Part shown: positions 38,642-52,028 of the stretch, piece by piece | Layout of the letters: each line of letters begins with the position of its first letter | Position numbering within the stretch: position 1 is the stretch's first letter | NCBI GenBank assembly: GCA_017654855.1 | Contig: JAFMPO010000001.1 | Coordinates: 806,001 to 870,000, forward strand | Origin: Podospora anserina | Taxonomy: Eukaryota | Length of the DNA stretch: 64,000 nt | Direction: 5' to 3' | The notes under the pieces: generated by a model | Databases searched by the model: none | What the model was told of the DNA's origin: nothing | The model's input: the letters and a program-made list of their open reading frames with translations, nothing else | Program-made: the position numbers and the translations under genes

Positions 38642-39780
38642 CTACTCTTTCGCTTGATCTTCTGGCTCCTCCACCGGCGGGGTCTTTTCCTGGCCATGTT
38701 CCTCCTTCTGACATCGACACTTTTGTGCTGACTTCTGTTCAAGTTCCCGCAGCTTCTTTGTCATGTCGACATTCTCTTCCTTGAGCTTTCTGATAAAACC
38801 AATAGCCATCTCGACCACATCTAGCTTGCTGCTCGGGACGCCTGGCCGGATAAGCAGCTCATTGTCTGGTAGTAGCATGTCGTCCCGATCACTTTCCGAA
38901 GGTAGGAGCTTCTGAATCTCTCGTATTGCAAGTGTCAACCGATTCCGCCGTGTCTTCTCGGATAGTTTGTGTGCGATGCGCTTCGAATGGACCTTCTCCG
39001 CAGTGAACTCCTCGCCTTGAGATAAGGCGAAGTTTGTGGCACCATTTCCATGGTTCAAAACCATAGGATCATGACTCGGCTGAGCACAGAAAATATTGGT
39101 GCTCGTGAAATCGAACAGATCTGGGCTTGATTCGTTGGGTTGTCTGTCGGACATGATGGTTTGAGGAACGACTGGCACGACGGGCAATCTAGTGGGTTTG
39201 GTGATACGATGTGCACTTCGTCGCCTGGCTTTGTGTGTGGCGTTCCATGTTGACAGAGGCGGGCAAAATTCTTCAACACTGTCGTGCTGACTTTGATTGG
39301 AATCGGAATCTTCCTCGGTGGTTGACCGTCGTGGGGGGGCGTTCCATTGAAAATGCCCCGGGGACTGTTCTGAAGACGCACGAAATAGGTCCCATTCGGC
39401 TTGAACAGGGGAAGTTGTCTGCCGAAAGGAAGGATGTAATATGGGTAACTCGATCGATCCGGCGTGAATAGAAATCTGTAGCCAGGGGTTTAGCATGCCA
39501 ACAACAATCAGCCAACTTGAAAACATACTTGCTGACGATGAAGCAACGAGCGTTGTTGGTTCATCCATCCTTGTGGCCACAGAGATGTGCTATTTGACTC
39601 GAAATTCTCTATCTTCGACAGACCAGCTTCTGCAAAGTCAAGATTGATGGGAGGAAAATGTGCGATATCCTGCTGGCCAGGCCATTCTGAAGGGGAGTCC
39701 ATCGGGTCGTCCAAGTGCCTCTCTGGGAACGAGCTGTCAGGCCCTGAATCAGGGCGATAGACCGCAAGGCTGGGATGCAT
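38642..39780 (-). CDS. bHLH transcription factor (Pho4/NUC-1-like bHLH domain); intron 39476-39528; start uncertain
   Basis: KRIAHKLSEKTRRNRLTLAIREIQKLLP...SSKLDVVEMAIGFIRKL followed by a short zipper; phase-0 intron joins HRQQ|ISIH. Confidence 0.8.
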
Positions 39781-42700
39781 GTTGGAGTAAGACGAGCGAC
39801 GTCACCAGGGTATTTGCCGTTAATTCCAGTCGCGTCCGTTAAGTCCAGGTTCCAGTATCTGTGCATGGACAATGCGAATAATATCGGTGATGCACAGGCG
39901 TGTTCCAGTGGGTTACATGCCGGGTCATGTATGCAAGAAGAAGGCTGTCGTGCATTCCGTGCGCTTGTTGCGTCTGTTGCCTAACTCGCGATTGATGGAC
40001 TCGAGCACACCATCTCTGGGAGGCGGTTTGGGCTGATCATCATCAGAGAGATGCGAAGGGTATAAGTCTAGGCTACTCCAATTCACCGAGGCTCGGTCCG
40101 TTGTAGTTCCGGGCTGTACAATGAGTGCCCCCATTGCGGTGGCGTTGGCTGGCAATGCAGAATAGACACTCACAGGGAAGAAAGGAAGCGAGGGTCTGCA
40201 AAGATTGGCAGCAAGTTGGGGGAGCCAAGAGCATTCACGTAAAGAGAACGTAAAGGCTTGGGACAGCCGGTTGCAATAGGTGGGCAGCATCGGGGTCCTT
40301 GTTCATTCCAACAAGCCGAAAAGGGTTTGTTCACCTCGCATCGCGTTAGAAGACGTGCTCAGCGCCACGGCAGCCCCTGTTCTTGACTGGATAGTCTTGG
40401 ACGCTAGCTCATTTCCACCACCACCCTCTAAACATGATGACTGCGTTCCACCTTGAAGCGTGAAGCATCATTGCTTTTGGGATCTGCTGCAGTACCGGCA
40501 GCTCGCTTTCCACGCCCCATCGGCCTAAACCCTTGATTTTGGAGACGAGCCATGTCCAGAGTGCCGGGAACGGTCCAGACTCGTGAAGTATTGACTTGGC
40601 TCGCTTGCTCGACAAGACGCTTGCTCCAGACCCAGGCCACAGTAGAACCCACTGACAAGCTGATTGAGAACCACTCCACGCCCTTTGATATCTGGTGATC
40701 GTTTCGCTTAGTGATGTCTGAAAATGTTGAGGGTGATGGTGCTTGGCAGCTCGTCTCCCAGAAACAAAAAGCTCAGGAGTGCCCCCATGTCCTAAGACAT
40801 CTCATAACGCACCCTTCCCACCAACACATCATTGTGACTGACGTCTCCGCGGCCCCTCCACGATGCACACTTCACAGACTGAGCAGCAGAAGGCCGGATG
40901 CCACCGTCATCATATTGCCACCTGCATCTTCCTTTCCCATCGCGGCCGCCCGTCAGTTCTTTTTTGTTGATCAGTATTTCCGTCATCTTCGTCACTCCCA
41001 CATCCCGGCGTTCGATAACAAAGCGGAAGAGCTGACCATCGTTCCATTCCAAGGTTTTGTTGATTTTTCTCAGTCTCGGGCGAGAAGCAGCTTGGCGAGA
41101 GACGCCAGGCGTCTGGTCCATAGCAACATCACCGACCCCTCAAATCCCCAACTTCATACCGTCATCTCGCACTCTTCCAATGGCTGTGGACTCAGTCATG
41201 TAATCCTCGATTCTCCAATTCTGCAATCGAACCATTCTGTTGGACCCGGCTCACTGATGCGGTGTGTGTGAGCTCGTGAGCTGGTTGAAGGGAACGCTGG
41301 CGGCATGCTGGTGGACGCCCGGCTGGGTGTTCATTCGTCGTGATGGATTGCGCAAGAGAATCCCTGAAATGTCGTCATTCGTAAAGGTGGGCGGGTCTGG
41401 CCTTTTGTGCTTTTTGGGCGGATGGAGTTCCGTGTGCGTCCCCCACACTGCCTAACGCGATTCAGTCTAGCCCACATGTGAATTTGAGGCAAGGAGAGAC
41501 GGGGGTGATTTTCATGAGACCATCGAGAGTCGAGAGAGCATCGATTGTCCTGTGTGACGAGAACAAAAATGCTAGGAGAATAGACATATGTTGAGACAGT
41601 TAGATGAAGACGAGAGAAGATGTCTAACCAACTGTAGAAGACACAAGGGGTGGAGAGCAAGCACCTTCCTTTAAGAGCAGTGGGCAGGGTGTCCTGGCCA
41701 ATCATATCAAAGGTCCCACCTACCCCACGCCCCGTCAAACAGCCCCAAACACTGACAACAACTCCACGCCATCGACGCGAAAGTGAGACCAGCACGCCTT
41801 CACCAGCCAAGACGATAGCAAACACCAGAAAAATCGTGGCGTCCTCCAGCATGCGCTTCACAATCGACCAGAAGCACAGAATCCCCCCTAGTCCCAGCTG
41901 ATTTGGTCCAGTGTCACAGACAAGCTTCCTGGGGAAAGTCTTGGTCCCGCCATGGCGTCCGGGACCTTGACGATGCCCAGAGATTTGCGCCATTGTCTGA
42001 CGTCTGCCGAGCCACTGTTGACAACGACATCTGAAGATTTGTTAGTTGTATAGGCAGAGAAGATGTAAATACAAAGGGGGTTCTTGAGGGTGTTTTCGAA
42101 GACTTTGAAAGGCGCAAAGCATTTATTGGTTCTTTATGTCTTTCCCATCCTGAGTATGCCGCTGACACGTTCGACCCTAGCGTAGGGCGCCCCTGTGCAG
42201 CAATAGAGCCGAGCGATCAACGGGAAATCGGCAAGGGGGACCTTGGTGACGGCAACGGATGCAAAATCTTGCAAAGAAACCACTTGTTCCCCGGCAAATA
42301 CACCAACCATGACCCGCCAAATGACAGGCTTTGCTATGGCGTGCGAATTGGGGCAGCGGAGCTCTGCCAAAACCCCGGAAATACGGTCACTAATCAAGGA
42401 ATCCCCGTAATCGACATGGCAAAAATATCTGTACCGCAAGACCGAGTCTCCATTGCTTAGGAGCCTCTCTAGCGGTCTCGGAGAAGCCAGGCGACATGAC
42501 TCCACCCACTAACATCCGATACACACATCAATGTCATCGATGCCGCTGCGATGGACAGAGCAGGGTCCAGCACCCAGAGATGGGATAGTAACACAAAAAG
42601 GGGACTGGTCCGTCTCTCATCAATTCCACCACGACGGTCTTTGCCGCCTTTTTGCAGCTTGTACTTCCTATCACAGAAACATAGTGGGATTCCTGCATTG

Positions 42701-43063
42701 GGGTGTGTCATCGTCTCCCGCGCTTCAGGTGGATCAGCAACCACCGAAAAGCGAGCGATCCCACTGCCCTCCACGAAACTGAGCCCTTCTAGTGGGCTTA
42801 AACACCTCAGCCTCTGAGCTCGTGCTCGATTATCGGATCCCAGACCCTGGCTGCACCCCTGTCTACCGACGCCATCTGCTGCACGTTCGCCTACCGTGGG
42901 CCCAAGAGACTAGCAGAAGACGCACTCTAGCTCATACCGATTATCGCTCACACGTTTTCCTGATTGAGCGGAGCGGCCGGGGATTCTCAAGATATAAGAC
43001 TTCCCCAGCGTCCGTTTCGTTCCGCTGCTTGATCCCAGACCCACAGCCATCCGGACATCAACC

Positions 43064-45622
43064 ATGGCTCACAACACCACCGCCAGTCGTGTGAAGCGAT
43101 TCCTTGGGATCCGTCCCGAGGATGAGCTCCATGACGCCGACTTTTACGACGATGGACTCTACCTCGAGTCTGAACCCTCGGCCAAGGAGGCTCTGGCTCA
43201 TCTGGTGCCCACCGCTGACGGAATCAAACACTACTTCAGGGAGCTGTTTCCGTTCTGGGGCTGGATATTTCACTACAATTTGACATGGTTACTCGGAGAT
43301 CTCATTGCTGGTAAGCACTGCCTGCCAGTCACTGATTCAGCTGTGTCTGACAAACCTTCCCAGGCATCACTGTCGGGTTTGTTGTTGTCCCTCAGGGTAT
43401 GGCCTACGCTGGTTTGGCCAATCTGCCCCCCCAGTTCGGATTGTACACCAGCTTCGTGGGATTTTTCCTCTACTGGGCCTTTGCCACCTCAAAGGATATC
43501 ACAATCGGCGTGAGTTCTTCTGATATCACTTTGGACTTTATGATCAAGAGGCTGACACAAAAGTCTAGACCGTTGCAGTGATGTCCACTATTGTTGGAAA
43601 CATCATACTCGACATCCGAGCAACGCAGCCTGAACTCGAGGCTGAGGTCATTGCACGAGCTCTGGCTTTGATTTCAGGCGTGATTCTGCTGTTTATTGGA
43701 CTTACCAGACTCGGTTTCATCGTCGAATTCATTCCGCTCACAGCTATCGGCGCCTTCATGACTGGTTCTGCCATCAGTATCGCCGCTGGACAGGTGCCGA
43801 CAATGATGGGAATTTCGACTGTCAAGACTCGCGAGGAGACATACAAAGTCATTATCAACACCCTCAAACACCTGGGCGATACCAGGCTTGATGCTGCAAT
43901 GGGGTTGTCGGCCTTGTTCGGTCTTTACTTTATCCGCTGGTTTTGCGGCTTCATGGGTCAACGCAGCCCCACCAGATCCAAGATGTGGTTCTTCATATCC
44001 ACCCTCCGCATGGCTTTCATCGTCATCTTGTACATTCTCGTGAGCTGGTTGGTCAACAGAGGCGTGTCGGATGAGAAGAATGCCAAGTTCAAGATTCTCG
44101 GCACTGTCCCAAGTGGTAAGTGGCTACGTTTGACCATACACCTCAGAGATTTGGCTGACTTGTGTCGTGTCCAGGTTTCCAACATGTTGGTGCTCCTGAA
44201 ATCAACACTGAGATCTTGTCCGCCATCGCACCTCATCTTCCGGTCACCGTTATCGTCCTGCTGATCGAGCACATCGCGATTTCAAAGTCTTTTGGGCGTG
44301 TCAACAACTACATGATCAACCCTTCGCAGGAGCTGGTGGCTATAGGTTTCAGCAATGTCTTTGGGCCATTCCTCGGAGGCTATCCGGCCACCGGTTCGTT
44401 TTCGCGTACAGCCATCAAGGCAAAGGCTGGCGTCAGAACCCCCCTCGCCGGCATCTTCACAGCCGTCATTGTGCTACTGGCACTCTACGCGCTCACATCG
44501 GTTTTCTTCTACATTCCTTCGGCATCTTTGGCAGCAATCATCATTCACGCTGTCGGTGATCTTATCACACCTCCGCGGGAGGTGTACAAGTACTGGCAGA
44601 CATCGCCTCTCGAAGTTGTTATCTTCTTCGCCGGCGTGTTTGTTTCCATCTTCACCTCCATTGAAAATGGTATCTATGTCACAATCGCTGCGTCTGGGGC
44701 TGTTTTGCTTTGGAGGATTGCGAAAAGCCCAGGTAGCTTTCTGGGCCGTGTTCAGCTGCAGCACGCCAGCCGGGACAGTATCCTCAAGAAGGAGAATGTC
44801 GACCAATCTGCCCTGGATGGCGAGAAGCATTCGGCGTACCTTGATCTCGGCCGCCGTGACCAATCCAACCCGCAGGTTCCCATCACATCACCGTACCCCG
44901 GCGTCTTCATCTACCGATTCAACGAAGGTCTGAACTACGTCAACTGCGCACGACACTTGGACAAGATGACGGTGTATATCTACAAGCACACTCGAAGGAC
45001 GCAGCTCAACAAGTACGACAAAATCGGCGATCGCCCCTGGAATGATCCAGGCCCGCGTCGCGGTCAGGTTGTGGACACTGAGGAGATTGCTTCCAAGCCC
45101 AAGCTCAAGGCCATCATCCTTGATTTCAGCGCTGTAAACGCCATTGATGTGACTGCCGCCCAGGCTCTTGTCGATCTCAGGACTCAGTTCAACAAGTACA
45201 CAGATCCCGAGGTTGTGGAGTGGTATTTTGCGGGTGTGACAAACCGGTGGACCAAGCGGGCGCTTGTCGCAGCTGGGTTTGGAGTTGACAGAGGCCATGG
45301 CATTGAAAGGGCAGGGGGGGGCCGGGAGGATGTTGTGGCTGTTGCCGGGGTTGATCCGGATGTCACTGTTGGGAGGAATGAGAAGGAAAGAGGGTCAGGG
45401 GATGTGGACTTGGAGGCTGGTCACGCTGGCTCTGGTGAGAAGCGTGATGAGATTGCACCCGTCTCTTCTGGCGAGTCGAGACCAAGTGGGAAAAGATTGG
45501 CGCCGATCTATGGTGTCAATAGGCCATATTTCCACATTGATGTTGGGACTGCGGTTGCAAGCGTGGTGAGAAATCTGGAGAGAAGAAGGGACACGGAAGA
45601 CTCTAGCTTGGAGGTTTTCTAG
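43064..45622 (+). CDS. SulP/SLC26 sulfate permease with STAS domain; introns 43311-43363, 43510-43568, 44116-44174
   Basis: GDLIAG|ITVGFVVVPQGMAYA, GLYTSFVG, FATSKDITIG, EHIAISKSFG, TGSFSRTA, DRPWNDPGP, IILDFSAVN.ID. Confidence 0.93.
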
Positions 45623-46286
45623 ATCAAGAGCGGGTCTTTGTTGGCTTTTTGATTTTGTTTGGCAAGGCGTTGGTTGGGATATAATGACATGATGGGATAT
45701 GATGATACCTGAAATTGCGGTAGATAATGGATCTGAACATGGCTTTTGATTACCTATTTATTCGAACGGAATGGTCTCGACGTGATGTGACTTTTACCAC
45801 ACCAACATGAGCATGATGAGCAACTCAAATGGTAGTTGAAACGCTTTAGTTCTTGTTGGAGGCTCGTGCATATGCACCTAGACAACCAAATTCGGTCCCG
45901 AACCATAGTCGCGGGAATCGCGGCACTACCTTGCTTTTATTGCCATGTACCCAAGATGACAGCCGAAAGATATCGAGATCGACCCGCGCCTCCTCTCTAC
46001 ATCGGGTTGCGGCTACCACTCCAACGTCTGAACCTTATTTCCATTCGTGATTACTCAGCCGTGCCGGTATGCGGTTTGGTAGATATCGTGTCGAATCATG
46101 ATGGCGGGGTACAGGAATGTTGTGCTTTGTGTGCAACCCACGAGTCCACCTATCAGGTGTCACGGCATGTCAGCTCTACTTGACCAATTCTCGTACCATA
46201 ACCTCCGCAGTTCAACCTCGACCCCCCATCTCACTTCGGTTTGAATTTCATGTCAGCAGCATCACCGGATTCAGCCAGCTTTCAAG

Positions 46287-46946
46287 ATGCCTTTCGCGCT
46301 CCAGCCCATTGCCCAGTGGACGGCCATTTTTGGCCCGGCTGTTTACACCGGTCAGCTCATCCCCGTCCCATTTCAATCACACCCACGATGCTAACTTTCT
46401 TGAGGAATCACACTAACTCACTCCACAACCCTCTCACTCCTCGCCACATCTCCTGTCTTCTCTCCCCAAACAGAGGAGAAACTTCTTGCTAAGCAATGGC
46501 ATCTCATCTACCGCCAGGGCCCGAACTGGGTGCCTCCTATCATCAACTCCGCCGCGCTCTCCAATGTCTACCTCTGGTATAATCACTCCCAAACTCGACT
46601 TCAGGGAGGGCTCTATCTGCTTTCTGCTGGGATTCTGTGGGGTGTTCTCGCAGTGACGTTTTACTACTTTGAGACGGGGATCAACGGGGCGTGCAAATGG
46701 CGGCTGGCTAGGTTGTTGAAGGATGGTGAGGGAACGGGGAAGATTGTAATCAAGGGGATGAAGAAGGGGTGGATTATTCCTAGTGTCAACGGGCATACTG
46801 CTTCTGAGGGGAGTAAGAAATGGGGGGAGGAGACGGGTATGAGGGAGTTGGTGATGGGGTGGGTGAAGAGAAATCAGTGGCGGTGGATTGCGGTTGGGGT
46901 TGCTGGGGGAATCAGTGGGTGGGCTAGTTTGGGGAGGTTCAGTTGA
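46287..46946 (+). pseudogene. DUF1772/anthrone-oxygenase-like membrane protein with a 1-nt frameshift near 46520; intron 46351-46404
   Basis: MPFALQ...VYTG|ITLT...LLAKQWHLIYRQG then shifted NWVPPIIN...W...NQWRW; four hydrophobic segments. Confidence 0.55.
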
Positions 46947-47254
46947 GGGGATGGATGGGTGGGAGGGTTGATGTTTTCTCTTTGGGATGCAGTGGTAAGC
47001 AGTCGTGGTATAATCTTTCTGGGGTGATTCTGGTATCTTCTATGTAAAAGCCCGATTCTCTTAAGAAACTGTTCTTTAATAATCATCAAACGGAAATGTG
47101 TTCGGGCAATTTTGACATCCTCTCAAAGATATGGATTGAGAAAGTCCTGAAGGTGCACTTACACGTAACTTTCGATCCATGGTACATGGAAATTCATTTG
47201 AAATACACCGGTCAGAGTGTGCACGGACCAACCACTACGACTGTCCCGCTTAAT

Positions 47255-47310
47255 TGATCGCGTCGCGGGTCGCGAGTCCACTTTTTTGAGCGCGTCTTCC
47301 GCGCTCCCAG
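47255..47310. promoter_or_regulatory. CGCG-rich (MCB-like) cluster upstream of CTF18
   Basis: Five CGCG cores within ~50 nt (cgcgtcgcgggtcgcg...gcgcgt...ccgcgc). Confidence 0.35.
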
Positions 47311-47428
47311 GACAACAGCGCAACGCAGTCTTGACAATTTGGAGCTGCGACAACTCATCACCATCTTTTTTACGTGCCATGTACTTTGGCCAGCTCACCT
47401 GGGATATCAACACTCTTTTAAATCTACA

Positions 47429-50400
47429 ATGATAGCCCCGTCGTCCCCAATTACCTTCCCAGCGAGCTCGTCTCCTGTTAAAGCCAAGAGACCTCGCCCA
47501 GCAGAACCACCGAAGCAGCACAAGCCCCGCGTTCTTGCTGGATTCCTCGCAGACGACGATTCAGACGAAGACGACAATGACGATACTACACAACAGCCCT
47601 CGCCGAAGCGGCGAATGTTGGACTACGACACCCAGAATTCCGAAGTAACCGCGCATGATGGCAACGAGACTCGAGAGACAACGCCCCCAGAGAGCCAACC
47701 GCCCCAGGAGTCGGAGGAAGAAGCAGAACGCTATGATCGTCTCTTTGGAACCCAAGCCACGCAAATCTTCCCTTCTCAGCCAACACAACCCTTGCCCGAT
47801 TTTCTTCAGGATGACGAGTTCGTTCCCGCCCCCTACGGCATGTCAACATGCTCCGGAAAAACGATCCCGATCCGCGAGCGCAAACCTACCGAGTCCGTTT
47901 CCTACGCAACAATGGTAGCGGCACGGTCCCGAACAAAAGAAGGCCGCGCAAAGAAGAGCTATTTTGGTATCGACATACACAGTCTCATGGACAAGGCCGC
48001 TCAGGAGCTTGCGAAGCCACGGAAGAAGACGACGGTGCCCATTGCGCCCCCTGTACACCCAGACAAGCCACTGCTGTCCGTTGAACCCCAAGCGCAGCCG
48101 AAAAAGCAACGGCGGACACTTCTCTGGACCGAGAAATACAGAGCCCGGAACTTTATGGACCTCGTTGGCGATGACCTGACAAATCGTCAAGTGCTACGCT
48201 GGCTCAAGAAATGGGATCCAATCGTCTTTCCTAACACAGCCAAGACTCGTCCTTCTGCTCGCCGTCAACAGCAGCAACAAGGTCAGGAAGAGGAGGAACG
48301 GTTGCACCGCAAAATTCTCGTGCTCCATGGTCCGCCAGGTCTTGGCAAGACGACGCTGGCACATGTGTGTGCCCGGCAGGCTGGATACGACGTTCTCGAG
48401 ATCAATGCAAGTGACGACAGAAGCAAAGATGTAGTCAAGGGGCGCATCCGGACAACCTTGGGAACCGAAACAGTCAGAACTCTTGAGAACAAGAAGGCGG
48501 GAGAGACCGGGAAAGGAGACAAGATTGCGCGGCCAATATGTGTGGTTGTGGATGAGGTGGACGGCGTGGTTTCTGGATCCGGAGCAGGCGGTGAAGGAGG
48601 GTTTGTTAGGGCGCTTATTGATCTTGTCACTACCGATCAGAAGAATTCTTCGGGACAGGGAGGAGGGAAGAAGAAAGGGGACGATTTCCGCCAGATGAGG
48701 CCGCTCATCCTGATTTGCAACGACGTCTACCATCCTTCTCTTAGGCCACTCAGACAATCTGGTGTGGCAGAGGTTATCCATGTGGGGAAACCCACTGTTG
48801 AAGCCGTGGTGACCAGGTTGAAGGCTGTTTTCGAGAAGGAGGGGATTCCCTGTGACCGGGATGCCGCACGAAAGCTATGTGAGGCTGCTTGGGGAATGAC
48901 CAGTGGGCAAGATGTTCGGAAGGGTGCAGAAAGTACGGCCGAGGGAGATTTGAGAGGTGTCATGGTGGTGGGAGAATGGGTTGCCGGAAGGCTCAAAGCA
49001 ACCTCAAAACAAGCCACGCCTTCTCTTACCCGACAATGGATAGACCAAAATGTCATTCAAGATCTAGCTCATGGAGGAGGAGGCGCCAGAGGCATTGGTC
49101 GCGGCGGCGTCAGAGAAATCGTCAACCGCATCTTCCAAGAAGGCGCTGGCTTCCCCAAACAGAGCCTGCCCGCCGCCGCGAAGAAGAATGCTCTTCACGA
49201 GCAACCGCAGGCCCAGCTAGGCATCTCTGAACAAACCAAGAAATATGCCATGTCTCGCCTGCGTGAGATGATTGACACGAGCGGAGAGGTTGACCGGATC
49301 ATGACAGAGATCTTCCTCGAATACCCCAACCGTGACTTCAACGACGACTCCTTCCTGACCAAGCCCGACATCGCCTACGAATGGATGCACTTCCACGATA
49401 CCTGCTCCTCCCGCATTTTCTCGGCCCAAGAGTGGGAGCTAGCGCAATACATCTCCCAACCCGTCCTGGCATGCCACCACCTCTTTGCCTCCGCGCGTCG
49501 TCACCAGCCGGCTGCGCACGAAAGGAAATGGGGTGAAGACGACCCCAACGAGGCACCTCCCCTCCCCTTCTCCGGCCCCAGGGCCGACTACGAGGCGCGC
49601 GAGGCAGAAAAGCTCAACCGCGCCATCCTCCAGGGGATCCAGGACTCTTTACCGCCCTCACTATCACGATCCTTCCGCAGCCCAGAAGACATCGCCACCG
49701 ATTTCCTTCCTTATCTCGTCCGCTTGGTGTCACCAGATGTTAAGCCTGTCGTTATTGGGGGGAGCGACAAGACCGGTTCCATCGCGAGCGTCAGGCGAGA
49801 GGGCGAAAAGGCCATGGTGAGAAGAGCAGCCAACGTGCTGGCCGAGGTTGGGATTCAGTTACACAAAGGCAAGATTGAAGACAGTAGTGGCGGGTTGGTG
49901 GGCAGGACGACGTGGGTGTACCGGATGGAGCCGTGAGTTTTTGCCCCTTTTTCTTGGCCCCACTTTTACCACAGTACACACGCTGACATTTTGATTCAGA
50001 GACTTGGATACCTTGGCCACCTTCGAGACGGCGTCTGCCTCCCAGTTCCTTTTTTCCCAAGCACCACCGACACGATATGCCGTCCGCCAAGTGTTGGATC
50101 AGGAGCTGGCCAAGACGATTGCCGCAAAAGAAACAGCCTCTCGCCAGGCACGGCTCAGAGCCGGCGGCGGTATCATCCCCCATTTTGATGACAACAACAA
50201 GGAAAATACCCCTGATCATCTACAAAAGCTGGAGATGTTAAAGCAGCAGGACAAGATAGCAGTCAAGAAGGACTTTTTCGGGAGGATTATTGTGCCCAAG
50301 CCGGTGTTGAAAGATTCAAGTGGGAATGGAACGAAAAATACAGGGGCCGACGGAGAAAAGAAGGACAGGGTTTGGGTTACGTATCATGAAGGGATCAATA

Positions 50401-50450
50401 ATGCTGTGAGGAAGCCGATAAGTTTGGAGGAGTTTTTGAGGGGGTTTTAG
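47429..50450 (+). CDS. CTF18: Chromosome transmission fidelity protein Ctf18 (RFC-like clamp loader large subunit); intron 49933-49999
   Basis: LWTEKYRA, GPPGLGKTTLAHV, EINASDDRS, VVDEVDG, RPLILICND, KKDFFGR and terminal VWVTYHEGINNAVRKPISL. Confidence 0.93.
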
Positions 50451-50991
50451 AAACTGTTGATATGCATACTTTTGTTGCTTGTTTACTGTACTTTTGAATG
50501 TTGTGCAAGCAGAGCGGTGCATAGAAGGCATGTAGCGTGAGGACTTCAGAGATTCTTGAAAGAAAGGCCTACTCGTAGCTGCCTTAGTGGCCCTTTGCAC
50601 ATTTGCATTGCATAGGAGTCTCTTTCCATATACCAAGCGGGTGCATTTTGTCACAAAATTGCCGAGCTACCTCACATCTACATCTACAAATCCAGTGAAG
50701 CCCTAATGAGCTCCATATAACAAGAAGAAAAAAAGACGCAAGAAAAGAAACTACAAGTAAGATTACCCCCACCACCATGGGCCTCAGTATTACGTTGTCT
50801 GACATGTCACTACCCCCAGCTCGTTAACAAATGTGACCATTCACCTTTCCTCCACTCCCATAGAATGACATTGCACCACTGGCAAATCACCAAGGCCATC
50901 CATCTTTTCTCCACCCCCTCTCCACCCAGTCAACTTTCTGGTCTCCAAATTGCGGTCGCCTTGCTCATTCCAACATTCGGTCCGCAAAACC

Positions 50992-52028
50992 CTATTTTTT
51001 TATTTTTTTTATTTTTTTGAGTCCGTCCCAGTCTCCGGGATCTGCCAGGAACCCGAACAGAGACCTAACGGGTCCGCCAACAGAGAGGTCGTCATGTCCG
51101 GTACCCGTGAAAATGACGAACGCTTTTAACCACTGCAACTCGCTTTGCTCTTCCAGTCTGTCGTCCCCTGTAGTCGGTCCTAGGATCCACTCGCCACTCC
51201 TGGTCAGCCAGCTGATGTCGCTATCAACATCCACGACTTCCAGCAGGACCAGCCATTCTTCGGAATGGAGCTTTCTTATGAGAACCACCCCATCCTTTGG
51301 CGTAAGTAATGGCCTTTGTGATCAAGCGCTTTGTCGGGTCGAGGTTGTAATGGTCATCTAAGAACATCCCCCAGTCGTCTTCAAAGACCAAATAATCTTG
51401 GTCCCGCAGAGCTCTAAGCAAAGACTATTCCCGTAGGGATACTTGCGGGGAGTGGGCGCTGTGGTGACCACGGGTAGTATGCTGTGGAACGCCTGGTTGT
51501 CCGGGTTTGGAGTCCAGCCATGGATCAATGGTCTTCGGAGAGTGGGAATACCCGAGGCGAGTGTCGAAGGGGATTTTGGTTGACCACGAATTTGAAGTTT
51601 TGGCTCAAGTTGTCCACCTCCGGATTGAACCTGACAGCTGCGTTCTGGAGTTCAACTTCGCCATTCTGCAGAAGTGAAGTGTGGAATCTTCTGCAGGCGT
51701 GAGCCCGAGCTTCTCTCGACACATGGTACAGGACCGAAGGTTGACGAACATGCCAACCAACTCGCGGACGGTAGTTGGTCCCCGGCCGGCGCAGCATCTT
51801 GAGCACATTCGCTCTCAATTCGTCGCGGGTCGTCCATGCCCAGGTATTACTCTCTGGATTGAAGCGCTCCTTTTTGCCAAGGAGGTTCCGGTCCATGATG
51901 TCTACCCCAACCAAGCGCGACTTGTCGCTGCCTTCCAAAGACATGAATTCGTCCCAAGCCCGGGCGCGGGTCTCGCCGGATAGATGCCGAAATCGACCAA
52001 AGCTAAGAGCCACCTCCGTCGAAGGCAT
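50992..52028 (-). pseudogene. 2EXR-domain-like gene with premature TGA (51525) and a later frameshift
   Basis: N-terminal F.RF..L..E.R...W and P.VL.HVSREAR...RFNPEVD motifs; protein-like reading continues past the stop. Confidence 0.5.

Noticed and set aside
51525-51527. Premature stop rescued by A-to-I editing
   Set aside because: The stop is TGA rather than the usual TAG, and a downstream frameshift would still break the gene
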